This document shows positions 46,553-55,662 of a DNA stretch of 64,000 nt, in pieces. Position 1 is the first letter of the stretch. The number at the start of each line of letters is the position of its first letter. The notes beneath the pieces are model-generated. The model was not told where the DNA came from, did not search any database, and saw nothing but the letters and a program-made list of their open reading frames with translations. Source of the stretch: Acetobacteraceae bacterium (GTDB lineage: Bacteria; Pseudomonadota; Alphaproteobacteria; Acetobacterales; Acetobacteraceae); the NCBI GenBank assembly GCA_965199095.1, contig CBDAQM010000004.1, positions 209,031 to 273,030 on the forward strand, written 5' to 3'. The position numbers and the translations under genes are program-made.

Positions 46553-47400
46553 TTGCACACAACGGTATGGCCGCGCTGGCGGAGCGCTATGACGGGTTCA
46601 TCCTTGATCTTTGGGGCGTGATCCATGACGGGGTGAACCCGTATCCCGGCGCGGCCGACTGCCTCGCCCGTCTGCGCGACGCCGGCAAGCGCTGCGTGCT
46701 GCTGTCCAACGCTCCGCGCCGCAATTTCGCGGCGGAGGCGATGCTGCGCCGGATGGGCCTGGGGCCGGAGCTGTATTCCGGCGTGCTGACCTCCGGCGAG
46801 GCCGTCCACCTGGCGCTGGGGCGGCGCACCGACCCTTGGTTCGCAGCGCTCGGCCGCCGTGTCTGGCACCTGGGGCCGGAGCGCGACCGCAACGTCATCG
46901 AGGGGCTGGACCTGGTGCAGGTCGCCACGCCGGGCGAGGCGGAGTTCGTCCTGAACACCGGCCCGGACGACCATCGCGCCCCGACCCACGTCGCCGCGTT
47001 CGAGGATTCGCTACAGGACTGTGCCCGCCACGGCCTGCCGATGATCTGCGCCAACCCGGATTTGGAGGTCATCCGCGGCGGCGTGCGGGTGATCTGCGCC
47101 GGCGCGTTGGCGGAGCGCTACCAGCAGATGGGCGGCGCCGTCCGCTCGCTGGGTAAGCCGGACCCGGCGATCTACCGACCCGTGCTGGAGATGCTGGGCA
47201 CGGAAAAGGCCCGCACGCTGGCCGTCGGCGACTCCCTGCGCACCGACATCGCCGGCGCGGCTTCAGCGGGGATCGAGTCCTGCTGGGTGCTGGGCGGCAT
47301 CCATGGCGAAGCGTTGGGCGAGGACCATGGCGCCGCGATGGCCGAGGCGCAGGCGGCCGGGCTCAGCCCGGTTGCGATCGTGCCCCGCTTCGTCTGGTAG
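46549..47400 (+). CDS. HAD-superfamily class IIA hydrolase (TIGR01459-like)
   Basis: 283-aa distal part of ORF 45721-47400. ATGA overlap with the pyrD stop. Motif I FILDLWGVIHDG, LSNAPR, GKPDP, VGDSLRTDI. Confidence 0.85.
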   Translation: MIAHNGMAALAERYDGFILDLWGVIHDGVNPYPGAADCLARLRDAGKRCVLLSNAPRRNFAAEAMLRRMGLGPELYSGVLTSGEAVHLALGRRTDPWFAALGRRVWHLGPERDRNVIEGLDLVQVATPGEAEFVLNTGPDDHRAPTHVAAFEDSLQDCARHGLPMICANPDLEVIRGGVRVICAGALAERYQQMGGAVRSLGKPDPAIYRPVLEMLGTEKARTLAVGDSLRTDIAGAASAGIESCWVLGGIHGEALGEDHGAAMAEAQAAGLSPVAIVPRFVW

Positions 47401-47401
47401 C

Positions 47402-47992
47402 TCAGGCGTGCCCGGCGACGCCTGACAGCAGCGCCGGGTCGATCCGCAGCGTGGCCAAGGCGCGGCGCCATTTCGTGTCGTGGTCGGCGTCGAACATCAA
47501 GTCCAGCGAGGGCGGGGCGGACAGCCAGGCGTTCTGCTGGATTTCCTGGTCCAACTGCCCGGCGCCCCAACTGGCGTAGCCGAGCGCCAGCAATCCCTCG
47601 CGCGGCCCTTCCCCGGCCGCGATCGCCTTCAGCACGTCCAGGCTGGCGGTCAGCGCCACTGTCTCGTCCACCTGCAGGCTGCCATCGCCGGTCCAATCCG
47701 CGGTGTGCAGCACGAAGCCGCGGGCGCCATCCACCGGGCCGCCATCGCAGAGCGTGATCTGCCGCGCCGGCGGCGTGGGCGCCACGTCCAACTGCTTGAG
47801 CAAATCCGCGAAGCTGGGGCTGGCGAGCGGACGGTTGAGCACCAGGCCCATCGCCCCGTCCTCGGTATGGGCGCAGAGATAGATGACGCTGTGGGCGAAG
47901 CGCGGGTCCTCCATGGCGGGCATGGCGATCAACAACTGGCCGGTCAGCCGGGCGTCATCCGGCGCTTGCAACGTCTTGGGCATGGGTAGCAT
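47402..47992 (-). CDS. YqgE/AlgH-family protein (UPF0301)
   Basis: ORF 47402-48052 (start probably Met21 or Met24). LTGQLLIAMPAMEDPRFAHSVIYLCAHTEDGAMGLVLNRP is the family signature. Confidence 0.85.
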   Translation of the reverse strand: MLPMPKTLQAPDDARLTGQLLIAMPAMEDPRFAHSVIYLCAHTEDGAMGLVLNRPLASPSFADLLKQLDVAPTPPARQITLCDGGPVDGARGFVLHTADWTGDGSLQVDETVALTASLDVLKAIAAGEGPREGLLALGYASWGAGQLDQEIQQNAWLSAPPSLDLMFDADHDTKWRRALATLRIDPALLSGVAGHA

Positions 47993-48102
47993 CTTGGCTT
48001 GGATTTCCGCCGCTGCAATGACCTTTGGCGGCCAAACGCCGTTGAGTGACACGGGGACGGCATGTCGTTAGCCTTCCCGTCAGCAGAATGGGGTCCAAGG
48101 TG

Positions 48103-48585
48103 ATGACGATAAAGGTGGGCGATACACTGCCGGAGATGAAGCTGATGATCGCGGGCCCGGACGGCCCGAAGGAGGAAAGCACATCCTCCCTGTTCGGTGG
48201 CAAGAAGGTGGTCCTGTTCGCGACCCCGGGCGCCTTCACGCCCACCTGCAGCGCCAAGCACCTCCCCGGTTACATCCAGCACATGGAGGATTTCACCGCG
48301 AAGGGCGTCGACTCGGTGGTCTGCCTGTCCGTGAACGACCCCTTCGTCATGGCGGCCTGGGCCAAGGACCAGGGCGTGGACGGCAAGATCGTCATGCTGG
48401 CGGACGGCGCTCACGCACTGACCAAAGCGATGGGGCTCGAGCTGGACCTAACGGCGCGCGGCCTGGGTGTCCGCAGCCAGCGCTTCGCCCTGGTGGCGGA
48501 GGACAAGAAGCTCACGCACCTGGCCATCGAGGCGCCGGGCGATTTCGACGTCAGCCGGGCGGAGTCGATGTTGGAGCTGGTTTGA
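48103..48585 (+). CDS. peroxiredoxin, Prx5 (type II) subfamily
   Basis: Internal ATG (Met20 of ORF 48046-48585). Peroxidatic Cys in PGAFTPTCS, VNDPFVM.AW. Confidence 0.9.
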   Translation: MTIKVGDTLPEMKLMIAGPDGPKEESTSSLFGGKKVVLFATPGAFTPTCSAKHLPGYIQHMEDFTAKGVDSVVCLSVNDPFVMAAWAKDQGVDGKIVMLADGAHALTKAMGLELDLTARGLGVRSQRFALVAEDKKLTHLAIEAPGDFDVSRAESMLELV

Positions 48586-48672
48586 CGCGTCGTTCCCGAA
48601 TCAGGACCGGGCTGCCCGGCTCGTGCCGGGCAACTCGGTGATGCGACCGGTTCGGCAGCCGCTGCCTTGCCG

Positions 48673-49080
48673 TCACGAGACGGATTGCAGCGCGTCGCCG
48701 ATATGTTGCTGCGCAGACGGGATGTCGTTGCGGCCAAGATCGCGCAACGCGGCGTCGATTGCCTCGATGGGACGCGCCATGTCAGCGGACGACGCGGTCT
48801 TCGCCGGGACGGAGCGGTCCAGCAGCCGCGTTTCGGCCATTTCAAGCGATTGCTGTGCCTTGCCGGTCTGATTGTCCCTGAGGCTCTGCTGTGCCGCGCG
48901 CAGGTAGCTGCTCGGCCCGGCATCCGCACCCATGGCTGGGGTGGGCAAGGCGGGCGCCACGTCGGACTGCGTGTCCCGGGGAACGAGGTTGCTGGCTTGG
49001 TTGCTGGTCGGCTCCGCCGCCAGGGCAGGCGATACGGCCAACGCCAGCGCGGCGGCGGCGGTGAGGAAACGTGTCATCAT
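48673..49080 (-). CDS. hypothetical secreted protein, 135 aa
   Basis: ORF 48673-49080. Sec signal MMTRFLTAAAALALAVSPALA, followed by a low-complexity then helical region. No family recognised. Confidence 0.55.
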   Translation of the reverse strand: MMTRFLTAAAALALAVSPALAAEPTSNQASNLVPRDTQSDVAPALPTPAMGADAGPSSYLRAAQQSLRDNQTGKAQQSLEMAETRLLDRSVPAKTASSADMARPIEAIDAALRDLGRNDIPSAQQHIGDALQSVS

Positions 49081-49212
49081 CGGATCTCCCTTGGTTGTGG
49101 ATGCAGATAGAACGGGGCACCTGCACGCGGGTGTCGTGTCCCGAGGATTAACTTCATTCCACCGTGCATGAGGCTCGGATGAAGGCGGCCGTAGCGATGG
49201 GCCAAAGCGGCG

Positions 49213-49665
49213 TCAGCAAACGCCTGTGTCGACACGCTGCCGGGCGCTCTTGAAGGTGCCGGTCGGCGCGCGTTCCGGCGCGAAGCTGGCGAAGCCGATC
49301 CCCGACACGCCGGAGTAGATGGCCTCCATACCGCCGCGTAGCCGGTAGGTCTCGTGCCAGATGCCGCCGCTGCCGGCATCCTGGGCGAAGCCGCGCCACC
49401 AGGCGGCGTGCTGCGGGGCGCGGGTGAACGCCTCCAGGCTGTCGAAATCACGCCAGTATTGCCGGAAGCCCGGGTGCATGAACCCGAACCAGAGGTCCTC
49501 GTGCGACAACAATCCATCGGGCGGCTGCCGCTTGATCACACGCAGGCCGCGGCCGATGCGCAGCAGGCTGCGCGCCCCTTTCAGCGTCTTCGCGCGGTAG
49601 CCGAGATAGACCACGACGAGGTCGGGGTAGCCGGACAAGTCAACGGAGTGGCGCGGATAGGTCAT
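49213..49665 (-). CDS. DUF4188-like protein (tentative)
   Basis: ORF 49213-49665. The pattern ..VVVYLGYR..W....F....AWWR.F....GSGGIWHETY....G.EAIY resembles DUF4188 as I recall it. Confidence 0.5.
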   Translation of the reverse strand: MTYPRHSVDLSGYPDLVVVYLGYRAKTLKGARSLLRIGRGLRVIKRQPPDGLLSHEDLWFGFMHPGFRQYWRDFDSLEAFTRAPQHAAWWRGFAQDAGSGGIWHETYRLRGGMEAIYSGVSGIGFASFAPERAPTGTFKSARQRVDTGVC

Positions 49666-49694
49666 GGCGGGGCATCCCGGTCGGAGAGGAAGGG

Positions 49695-50039
49695 TCAGCC
49701 GAGGACGGCGTGTTCCGTGGACAGCACGAACTCGCAGGCGTGCAGGTCCAGGAACTCCGCCTCGTCCGGCCGGATGGTTTGCATGTAGCTATCGGCGGTG
49801 AACACGGCCTCCAGCCCGGCCAGGTCGTCGAACCACAACTCGGTCATGCCGTCGAACGTCATCGGCGGCAGGCCAGGGATGGCGGCTGCGATTGTATGGC
49901 ATTGCACATACCGCCGCACGTGCTGCCGTACTTCCGGCAGCGCGCAGAACAGCGGGGCATGCCGCTCCCGATGGTAGGCGACGAACGCGTCGTGGGACAG
50001 CGTCGGCTTGCGCCGCAATAGGATGGTGAACTTGATCAT
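49695..50039 (-). CDS. EthD-domain protein
   Basis: Internal ATG (Met12 of ORF 49695-50072). MIKFTILLRRKP.LSH..F..YH...HAPL pattern of EthD dimeric alpha-beta barrel proteins. Confidence 0.7.
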   Translation of the reverse strand: MIKFTILLRRKPTLSHDAFVAYHRERHAPLFCALPEVRQHVRRYVQCHTIAAAIPGLPPMTFDGMTELWFDDLAGLEAVFTADSYMQTIRPDEAEFLDLHACEFVLSTEHAVLG

Positions 50040-50125
50040 GGCGTCTCCTGATCGAAAGCCAGGGTTGAGCATTGACGAGAACTGACGCCGTGCTTACATC
50101 GTATACATAGAGGGCGTTGCTTACG

Positions 50126-50722
50126 ATGTCAACATCTGCCGCGAGAAGCTACCATCATGGCGAGTTGCGCACGGCGCTGGTCCAGGCGGCGCTCGACCTC
50201 CTGGCGGACGACGGCGCCGAGGCGGTCTCGCTGCGGGCGGTGGCGCGCCGGGCCGGCGTCTCCGCCATGGCGCCCTACCGGCACTATCCCGACAAGGAGG
50301 CGCTGCTCGCAGCCGTCGCCGTGCAGGGCTTCGACGGGCTGCGCGACCGGCTGCACGCCGCCGACGACTCCGCTCCGGCAGGCCGGGCGCTGGTGGCGCA
50401 GGCCGTGGCCTATGTGGGCTACGCGATCGAGAAGCCGGCGCTGTTCCGGCTCATGTTTGGGCCAAAGCGGCTGGGCGCACACCCGGCGCTCATCGCGGCT
50501 GGCGAGTCGGCCTACGCCGTGCTGGCAACGAGGGTGGCGGCAGAGACGGCGGCCGACATCGACCGGGACGCCCGCGCGCTGGGTTGCTGGTCACTGGTCC
50601 ACGGCCTGGCTTCGCTGTTCCTGGACGGCCGGATCAGCGAAAAGACGGGGGCGCCCGATGACGACGTCACCCGTCGCGTGGCAGAGGCCATGCTGGGGTG
50701 GTCCAGACCGCAGCCTGCATAG
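50126..50722 (+). CDS. TetR/AcrR-family transcriptional regulator
   Basis: ORF 50117-50722. HTH SLRAVARRAGVSAMAPYRHYPDKEALL. Divergent from the EthD gene. Confidence 0.85.
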   Translation: MSTSAARSYHHGELRTALVQAALDLLADDGAEAVSLRAVARRAGVSAMAPYRHYPDKEALLAAVAVQGFDGLRDRLHAADDSAPAGRALVAQAVAYVGYAIEKPALFRLMFGPKRLGAHPALIAAGESAYAVLATRVAAETAADIDRDARALGCWSLVHGLASLFLDGRISEKTGAPDDDVTRRVAEAMLGWSRPQPA

Positions 50723-50821
50723 GTCCTGGCCAGCCAAATAGCGGCGCCGCGTCGAACTCTCGCCCGGCTGCGGGTTTAGCCCGTAGCGCCCCATCACACA
50801 CCATCCGGAAGCGGAGCATCC

Positions 50822-51271
50822 ATGAGCGAGCCCGGCCCCAAGCCCCATATCGCCTACTGGCATCTCTGGACCGACGACGCCGGGGTGAGCCACCAGCAGC
50901 GATGCTTCCTGACGGAGTGGGAGCTGAAGGGCGTGGGGCCGGCCGACCCGCAATGGAACGACAAGCAGCAGCACAGCGAGGCCACCACCGTGTTCACCGT
51001 GCAGCCGGTCGGCTGGGTCGGCGAGTGGCACGAGAACCCGGCGCCGCAATGGATCGTCCCGCTATCCGGCCGCTGGTGGGTGGAGGCGATGGACGGCACG
51101 CGGGTCGAAATGGGGCCGGGCGAGTTGTCGCTGGGGGAAGACCAGGGCTGCAAGAGGGACGCGCAGGGCCGGCTGGGCCACCGCTCCGGCACGATCGGGG
51201 ACGCGCCGGCGGTGCTGATGACCGTGCAACTCCATGTCCCGCCGGTGCATCGGCCGGGGCATTTGAGGTAG
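50822..51271 (+). CDS. cupin-like small protein (tentative)
   Basis: ORF 50822-51271. Beta-rich, with the W.GEWHENP...W.VPLSG...VE..DG..VEMGPGE pattern suggestive of a cupin barrel. Confidence 0.5.
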   Translation: MSEPGPKPHIAYWHLWTDDAGVSHQQRCFLTEWELKGVGPADPQWNDKQQHSEATTVFTVQPVGWVGEWHENPAPQWIVPLSGRWWVEAMDGTRVEMGPGELSLGEDQGCKRDAQGRLGHRSGTIGDAPAVLMTVQLHVPPVHRPGHLR

Positions 51272-51275
51272 CGCC

Positions 51276-52175
51276 GTGCCCGACTGGCTCGCGATCCTGG
51301 ACCAGCGGTTCCGCGCCTGCGTCCTGCCCAATGCTCCGTTGCTGACGCTGGGGGAGGGCTATGCCTGGCTGGAGGGACCGGTGTGGTTCGCCGATGCCGA
51401 CCAGTTGCTGGTCAGCGACCTGCCGAACGACCGCATCCTGCGCTGGACTGAGTCGGGCGGCGTGTCCGTGTTCCGCCAGCCGTCCAACTTCGCCAACGGC
51501 CACACGCGGGACCGCCAAGGCCGGCTGGTCGGCTGTTCGCATCACGGGCGCTGCATCACGCGCACGGAGTGGGACGGGTCGGTCACGGTGCTGGCCGACC
51601 GGTTCGAGGGCAAGCCGCTGAACGGGCCGAACGACGTGGTGGTGGCGTCCGACGGGGCCATCTGGTTCAGCGACCCGTATTACGGCGGCAACACGGATTA
51701 CGAAGGCGGCAAGCACGAGGCGGAGTTGCCGGCGGCGTTGTACCGCTTGGCGCCCGACGGCACGTTGGCGGTCGCTGCGGACGATTTCGCCGGGCCGAAC
51801 GGGCTGTGCTTCTCGCCAGACGAACGGCTGCTGTATGTGGCCGAAACAGGCCACCAATTCGACGACGCGGTGCAGCGCTGCATCCGGGTGTTTGACGTGG
51901 CGGACGGACGCTTGCGCAACGGCCGCGTGTTCCACACCGTCTCCCCGGGCTACGCCGACGGCATGCGCTGCGATACGGAGGGCCGGGTCTGGAGCAGCGC
52001 CGGGGACGGGGTGCATTGCATCGATCCCGATGGCACGCTGATCGGCAAGATCGTCACCCGAGAAACCGTGTCCAACCTGGTCTTCGGTGGCCGCAATCGC
52101 TGCCGCCTGTTTCTGTGCTCATCGCATCGCTTGATAGCGACCTATACCAACGTCCGCGGCGCGCAGTGGCCTTGA
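51276..52175 (+). CDS. SMP-30/gluconolactonase/LRE-family protein
   Basis: ORF 51276-52175 (GTG). EGPVW......L..SD..N.RI.RW, NG...D..GRL, PNDVVV..DG.IWF.DP, PNGLCFSPDE..LYV. Confidence 0.85.
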   Translation: MPDWLAILDQRFRACVLPNAPLLTLGEGYAWLEGPVWFADADQLLVSDLPNDRILRWTESGGVSVFRQPSNFANGHTRDRQGRLVGCSHHGRCITRTEWDGSVTVLADRFEGKPLNGPNDVVVASDGAIWFSDPYYGGNTDYEGGKHEAELPAALYRLAPDGTLAVAADDFAGPNGLCFSPDERLLYVAETGHQFDDAVQRCIRVFDVADGRLRNGRVFHTVSPGYADGMRCDTEGRVWSSAGDGVHCIDPDGTLIGKIVTRETVSNLVFGGRNRCRLFLCSSHRLIATYTNVRGAQWP

Positions 52176-53002
52176 CCGCCCGGCGCCTGCTGCGGGTTGA
52201 GCTGACGGTCGCCGATCTGGCGCATACCGAGCGTTTCTACGTCGATGCGCTCGGCTTCGCTGTGACCGGCCGGGACGATGCGGACCCCGCCATCGTGTCG
52301 CTCTATGGCGTTGACGGGATCCGGCAGGTCGTCCTGCAGCGCGGTGCGCAGACCCTTCTGTTGCAGGCGTTCCAGCCAGGCGGCCAGCCCTACCCACCGG
52401 ACGCAACCGCCTGCGACCAAATCTTCCAGCATTGCGCCTTGCCGGTGACGGACATGGCGTCCGCTTATGCCCGGCTCTTGCCCTTCGGCCCGGCCCCGAT
52501 CAGCAGCGCCGTGCCACAACGTCTGCCGGAGCGGTCGGGTGGCGCCGTCGCGTTCAAGTTCCGCGATCCGGACGGGCATCCGCTGGAACTCATTCAATTC
52601 GCGGACGGGCATGCCGGCGGGATCGACCACTCGGCCATCGCCGTGGCGGATGTGGCGCGAAGCATCGCCTTCTACCGCGACCAACTCGGCCTGCGCGTCG
52701 CCTCACGCCAGACGAATACCGGGATCGAGCAGGACCGGCTGGACGGGTTGAGCGAGGCGGTCGTGGACGTGGTGACGCTGGCGCCCGAGCAGGCCACGCC
52801 GCATCTCGAACTGCTTGGCTACCGCACGCCCACCGGCCGCCTCGCCCCGCCGTCGTGGCCCAGCGACATCGCCGCCACCCGGCTGGTGTTCGAGGTGACG
52901 GCGTTACCCGACGCCGCTGCCGTAATGGCGGATGGCACCCGAATGCTGCTGACCCGCGACCCGGACGGGCATCTGCTGGTGCTGATCAAACGAGGCGGGT
53001 GA
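52172..53002 (+). CDS. two-domain VOC (glyoxalase/bleomycin-resistance/dioxygenase) family protein
   Basis: TTG 52172 (TTGA overlap with the upstream stop) within ORF 52016-53002. Two beta-alpha-beta-beta-beta modules (FYVDALGF.., F.DPDGHPLELI; FYRDQLGL.., RDPDGHLLVL). Confidence 0.7.
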   Translation: MTARRLLRVELTVADLAHTERFYVDALGFAVTGRDDADPAIVSLYGVDGIRQVVLQRGAQTLLLQAFQPGGQPYPPDATACDQIFQHCALPVTDMASAYARLLPFGPAPISSAVPQRLPERSGGAVAFKFRDPDGHPLELIQFADGHAGGIDHSAIAVADVARSIAFYRDQLGLRVASRQTNTGIEQDRLDGLSEAVVDVVTLAPEQATPHLELLGYRTPTGRLAPPSWPSDIAATRLVFEVTALPDAAAVMADGTRMLLTRDPDGHLLVLIKRGG

Positions 53003-53372
53003 GGCCGCCATACGCCGCCACGGCGGCATCGGCTGTGAGCAAGACCAGCGCCTCCACCGTGGATTGAGCGACGAGAAGGCGGTCGAAAGGGTCCTTGTGG
53101 AGCTTCGGCAGGCTGGCGACGGCCACCGCGTGTTGGCCGGTCACCGGCATTTCACCATACCCGTTCTCCAGCAGGCCGCGGCGCAGCAAGCGCGGGTCGA
53201 CGGTGAAGTCAGGGCGGCCCAACCCGTGCTTGATCGTCACCTCCCAGATGCTGGCCGCACTGAAGGTGAGCTCGTTCACTGGATCGGACACAAATGTGCG
53301 GGCGTCGTCAGAGAGCCGGCCGGGCGAGATCGCAGCCCAAAGCAGGAGATGCGTATCGAGCAGGAGCCTCAC
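52986..53372 (-). CDS. vapC: PIN-domain type II toxin (VapC)
   Basis: ORF 52986-53372. MRLLLDTHLLLW.., SAASIWE..IK, HKDPFDRLL.AQ. Confidence 0.85.
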   Translation of the reverse strand: MRLLLDTHLLLWAAISPGRLSDDARTFVSDPVNELTFSAASIWEVTIKHGLGRPDFTVDPRLLRRGLLENGYGEMPVTGQHAVAVASLPKLHKDPFDRLLVAQSTVEALVLLTADAAVAAYGGLTRLV

Positions 53373-53608
53373 ACAGCATCGCCGGAGAACAGCGCCTCGA
53401 TCTCCTCTTGTCCCATCGTGTCGAAGTCGTCCGGCACGGTGACATGGCCGAGGAAGCCGAGCCGTGCCTGCGCCGCCGGCGCCTCCAGGCGTGTCACCTT
53501 CACGAGCGGCTTGCCCGCTTTCGCGATGATGAAACTTTCCCCGGCCGCCGCCTGATCGAGGAGCCGGGACAGATGCGTCTTGGCTTCATGGATGTTGACG
53601 GTCAACAT
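53369..53608 (-). CDS. Phd/YefM-type antitoxin partner of VapC
   Basis: ORF 53369-53608. MLTVNIHEAKTHLSRLLD....GE.FIIAKAGKP. Its stop overlaps the vapC ATG. Confidence 0.8.
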   Translation of the reverse strand: MLTVNIHEAKTHLSRLLDQAAAGESFIIAKAGKPLVKVTRLEAPAAQARLGFLGHVTVPDDFDTMGQEEIEALFSGDAV

Positions 53609-53659
53609 AGCTGCCTCGTAAACTAAACCAATTTAGCCTAGTCTAGTGTCGGCGGCTTT

Positions 53660-55498
53660 TCAAGCGTCGCCAGACAAATCCCGCCGCAGCCGATCCAACT
53701 CTTCCGTGTAGCGGCGCAGCGCGTATTGCTCGGTCAGCAGGCCGATCACCTTGCGGGTGTCGGCGCCGTCCACCACCACCAGCGCGTCCGATTCCGTCGT
53801 CTCGAACATCTGCACGGCTTCCTTGATCGTCATCTGCGGCAGCAGCACGTCCTTGGTGTTGTGCAGGATCTCCGACACGCGCGTGACCGTCTCGTCCGTG
53901 CCATGTGCTTCCGGCGTCAGCACCAGCCCGGCATAGCGCTCCGACTCGTCCGTCACCACGACGCGGTCCGTCGCCCCCAACGGCACCTGCCGCCGGAACG
54001 CGGTGATCGTCGTGTCGGACCGCATGGTGCGCATGTCCCGCCGCATCATGCGCCCCACCGTCAGGTTGCGCACCCAGCCGACATCCACGGCGGACCGGAT
54101 CGCCTCCCCCCGCAGATGGAAGCGCCAGGTGGCGAAGGAGTAGCCGAAGGTCCGCCGCACCGTGATCGCCGACACGACGGAGGCCGCCAGCACGGCCACC
54201 GTCATCGGCAGGCTGCCGGTGCTTTCCAGCGCCAGGAACGACATCGTCAGCGGACCGCCGACGACCGCCACCGCCATGGCGCTCATCCCCACCAGGGCGC
54301 ACACCACCGGCGGAATCGCCTGCGTCGCGGTCACGGTCGCCAGCCCGGCGGCGAACAGCTTGCCCGTCAGCGCGCCCAGGAACAGCGAGGCGAAGAACAG
54401 CCCGCCGCGGAACCCCGACCCGATGGACACCGCCGACGCCACCGACTTCGCCAGGATCAGCAAGGCGAGGTGTGTCGCCGCGTAAGGTGAATCGAGCGTC
54501 AGCCGCAGCGCGTCGTGGCCGGAAGACAGGACTTGCGGCGACCACAGCGCCAGGCCGCCCACCACCACGCCGCCCAACATCGGGCGTAGCCAGACGGGCA
54601 GGCCGCTGCGTCGGACCCATTCCTCCACCAGCGTCACGCCGCGCATGATGGCGATGCCGCCCAGGGCGCAGACCATGCCCAGCGCCAGCACCGGCAGGTA
54701 GTCCACCGGCTCCAGCGCCGAAGGAACGCGGATATCGAACCCCGCCGCGTCCGTGCTGAGCACCCGCGTCACGAACACCGCCACGATCGCCGACACCACC
54801 ACGGGCGCCAGCGTGGCCAGCGAATAGGTGCCGATGACCAGTTCGAACGCGTAGAACGACCCGGTCAGCGGCGCCTGGAACGCCGCCGCGATGGCGCCCG
54901 CCGCGCCGCATCCCACCAGCAGCCGCAAATCGTTGCGCCTCAGGCGGAACGACCGGCCCAGCCGGGACGCCAGGGCGGAACTGATCTGGGTGTAGCCGGC
55001 CTCCAGCCCGACCGACGCGCCGACCGCGTTGGAAAGCACCGTCTGCGCCGTCACGAACAGGCTGTCGCTGAGCGACATGCGGCCGCCATGCAGCGCGTTG
55101 GCCTCGATCGGGTCGACGGTGCGCCGGTTCCACCAGCGCGCAATCGCCCATCCAGCCAATCCGACCAGCAATCCGCCGACCGTCGGCACCCCGATGGCGC
55201 GCCAATGCTCCAACTCCACCGAGCCGGAGAGTCGGTCGCCGCGCTGCAGGTTGAACAGGATTTCGTGGCTTTCCTGCGTCGCCAAGGTCATCAGGTGGAC
55301 GCACAGCCCGGACCCAAGGCCCACGGCGGCTGCCAGGGTGACCAGCCACAACTCATCGCCGCGAACCAGCGCGCGGAGCGTCTGCGGCGCGTGCAGGACG
55401 ATGTCGCCCAAGCTGCGACGCATGCGTTGGGGTAGCCGCTCGCTGACGGGCGGCGCCTGGACCGTGGCGGATCCCGCGCCCGCAGACCGCAAGGACAT
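53660..55498 (-). CDS. ClC-family chloride channel / H+-Cl- antiporter with C-terminal CBS pair
   Basis: ORF 53660-55717, start probably Met74 (ATG 55498). Polytopic ClC core (GASVGLEAGYTQI, GCGAAGAIAAAFQAPL, GSGFRGGLFFASLFLGA), then two CBS-like repeats. Confidence 0.85.
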   Translation of the reverse strand: MSLRSAGAGSATVQAPPVSERLPQRMRRSLGDIVLHAPQTLRALVRGDELWLVTLAAAVGLGSGLCVHLMTLATQESHEILFNLQRGDRLSGSVELEHWRAIGVPTVGGLLVGLAGWAIARWWNRRTVDPIEANALHGGRMSLSDSLFVTAQTVLSNAVGASVGLEAGYTQISSALASRLGRSFRLRRNDLRLLVGCGAAGAIAAAFQAPLTGSFYAFELVIGTYSLATLAPVVVSAIVAVFVTRVLSTDAAGFDIRVPSALEPVDYLPVLALGMVCALGGIAIMRGVTLVEEWVRRSGLPVWLRPMLGGVVVGGLALWSPQVLSSGHDALRLTLDSPYAATHLALLILAKSVASAVSIGSGFRGGLFFASLFLGALTGKLFAAGLATVTATQAIPPVVCALVGMSAMAVAVVGGPLTMSFLALESTGSLPMTVAVLAASVVSAITVRRTFGYSFATWRFHLRGEAIRSAVDVGWVRNLTVGRMMRRDMRTMRSDTTITAFRRQVPLGATDRVVVTDESERYAGLVLTPEAHGTDETVTRVSEILHNTKDVLLPQMTIKEAVQMFETTESDALVVVDGADTRKVIGLLTEQYALRRYTEELDRLRRDLSGDA

Positions 55499-55662
55499 CG
55501 GGCTCGCACGCTCCTTCTGCTGAAAAGACCAAAGCCCGGCACTGGCCCGGGCAAGCAAACCCTTCATGGAACCATGCGCCGGCCCATACAATCCACACGG
55601 CTTATAAAGTTTATTAAAATCGGCGAAATAAAGCCGGCGTGGCCCAAGGCGGAGCAAGACGG

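Noticed and set aside
48614-48631. A possible intrinsic terminator hairpin GCCCGGC-TCGT-GCCGGGC after the peroxiredoxin gene.
   Set aside because: The 7-bp stem is real, but no U tract follows it on either strand and it is short for this GC background. It is too weak to list as a feature.
53643-55349. A 568-aa minus-strand ORF in a second frame of the ClC channel locus.
   Set aside because: It is on the same strand as the ClC gene but out of frame with it. The translation is Gly/Arg/Pro/Ala-rich without hydrophobic spans, whereas the chosen frame gives a canonical polytopic ClC plus CBS protein.
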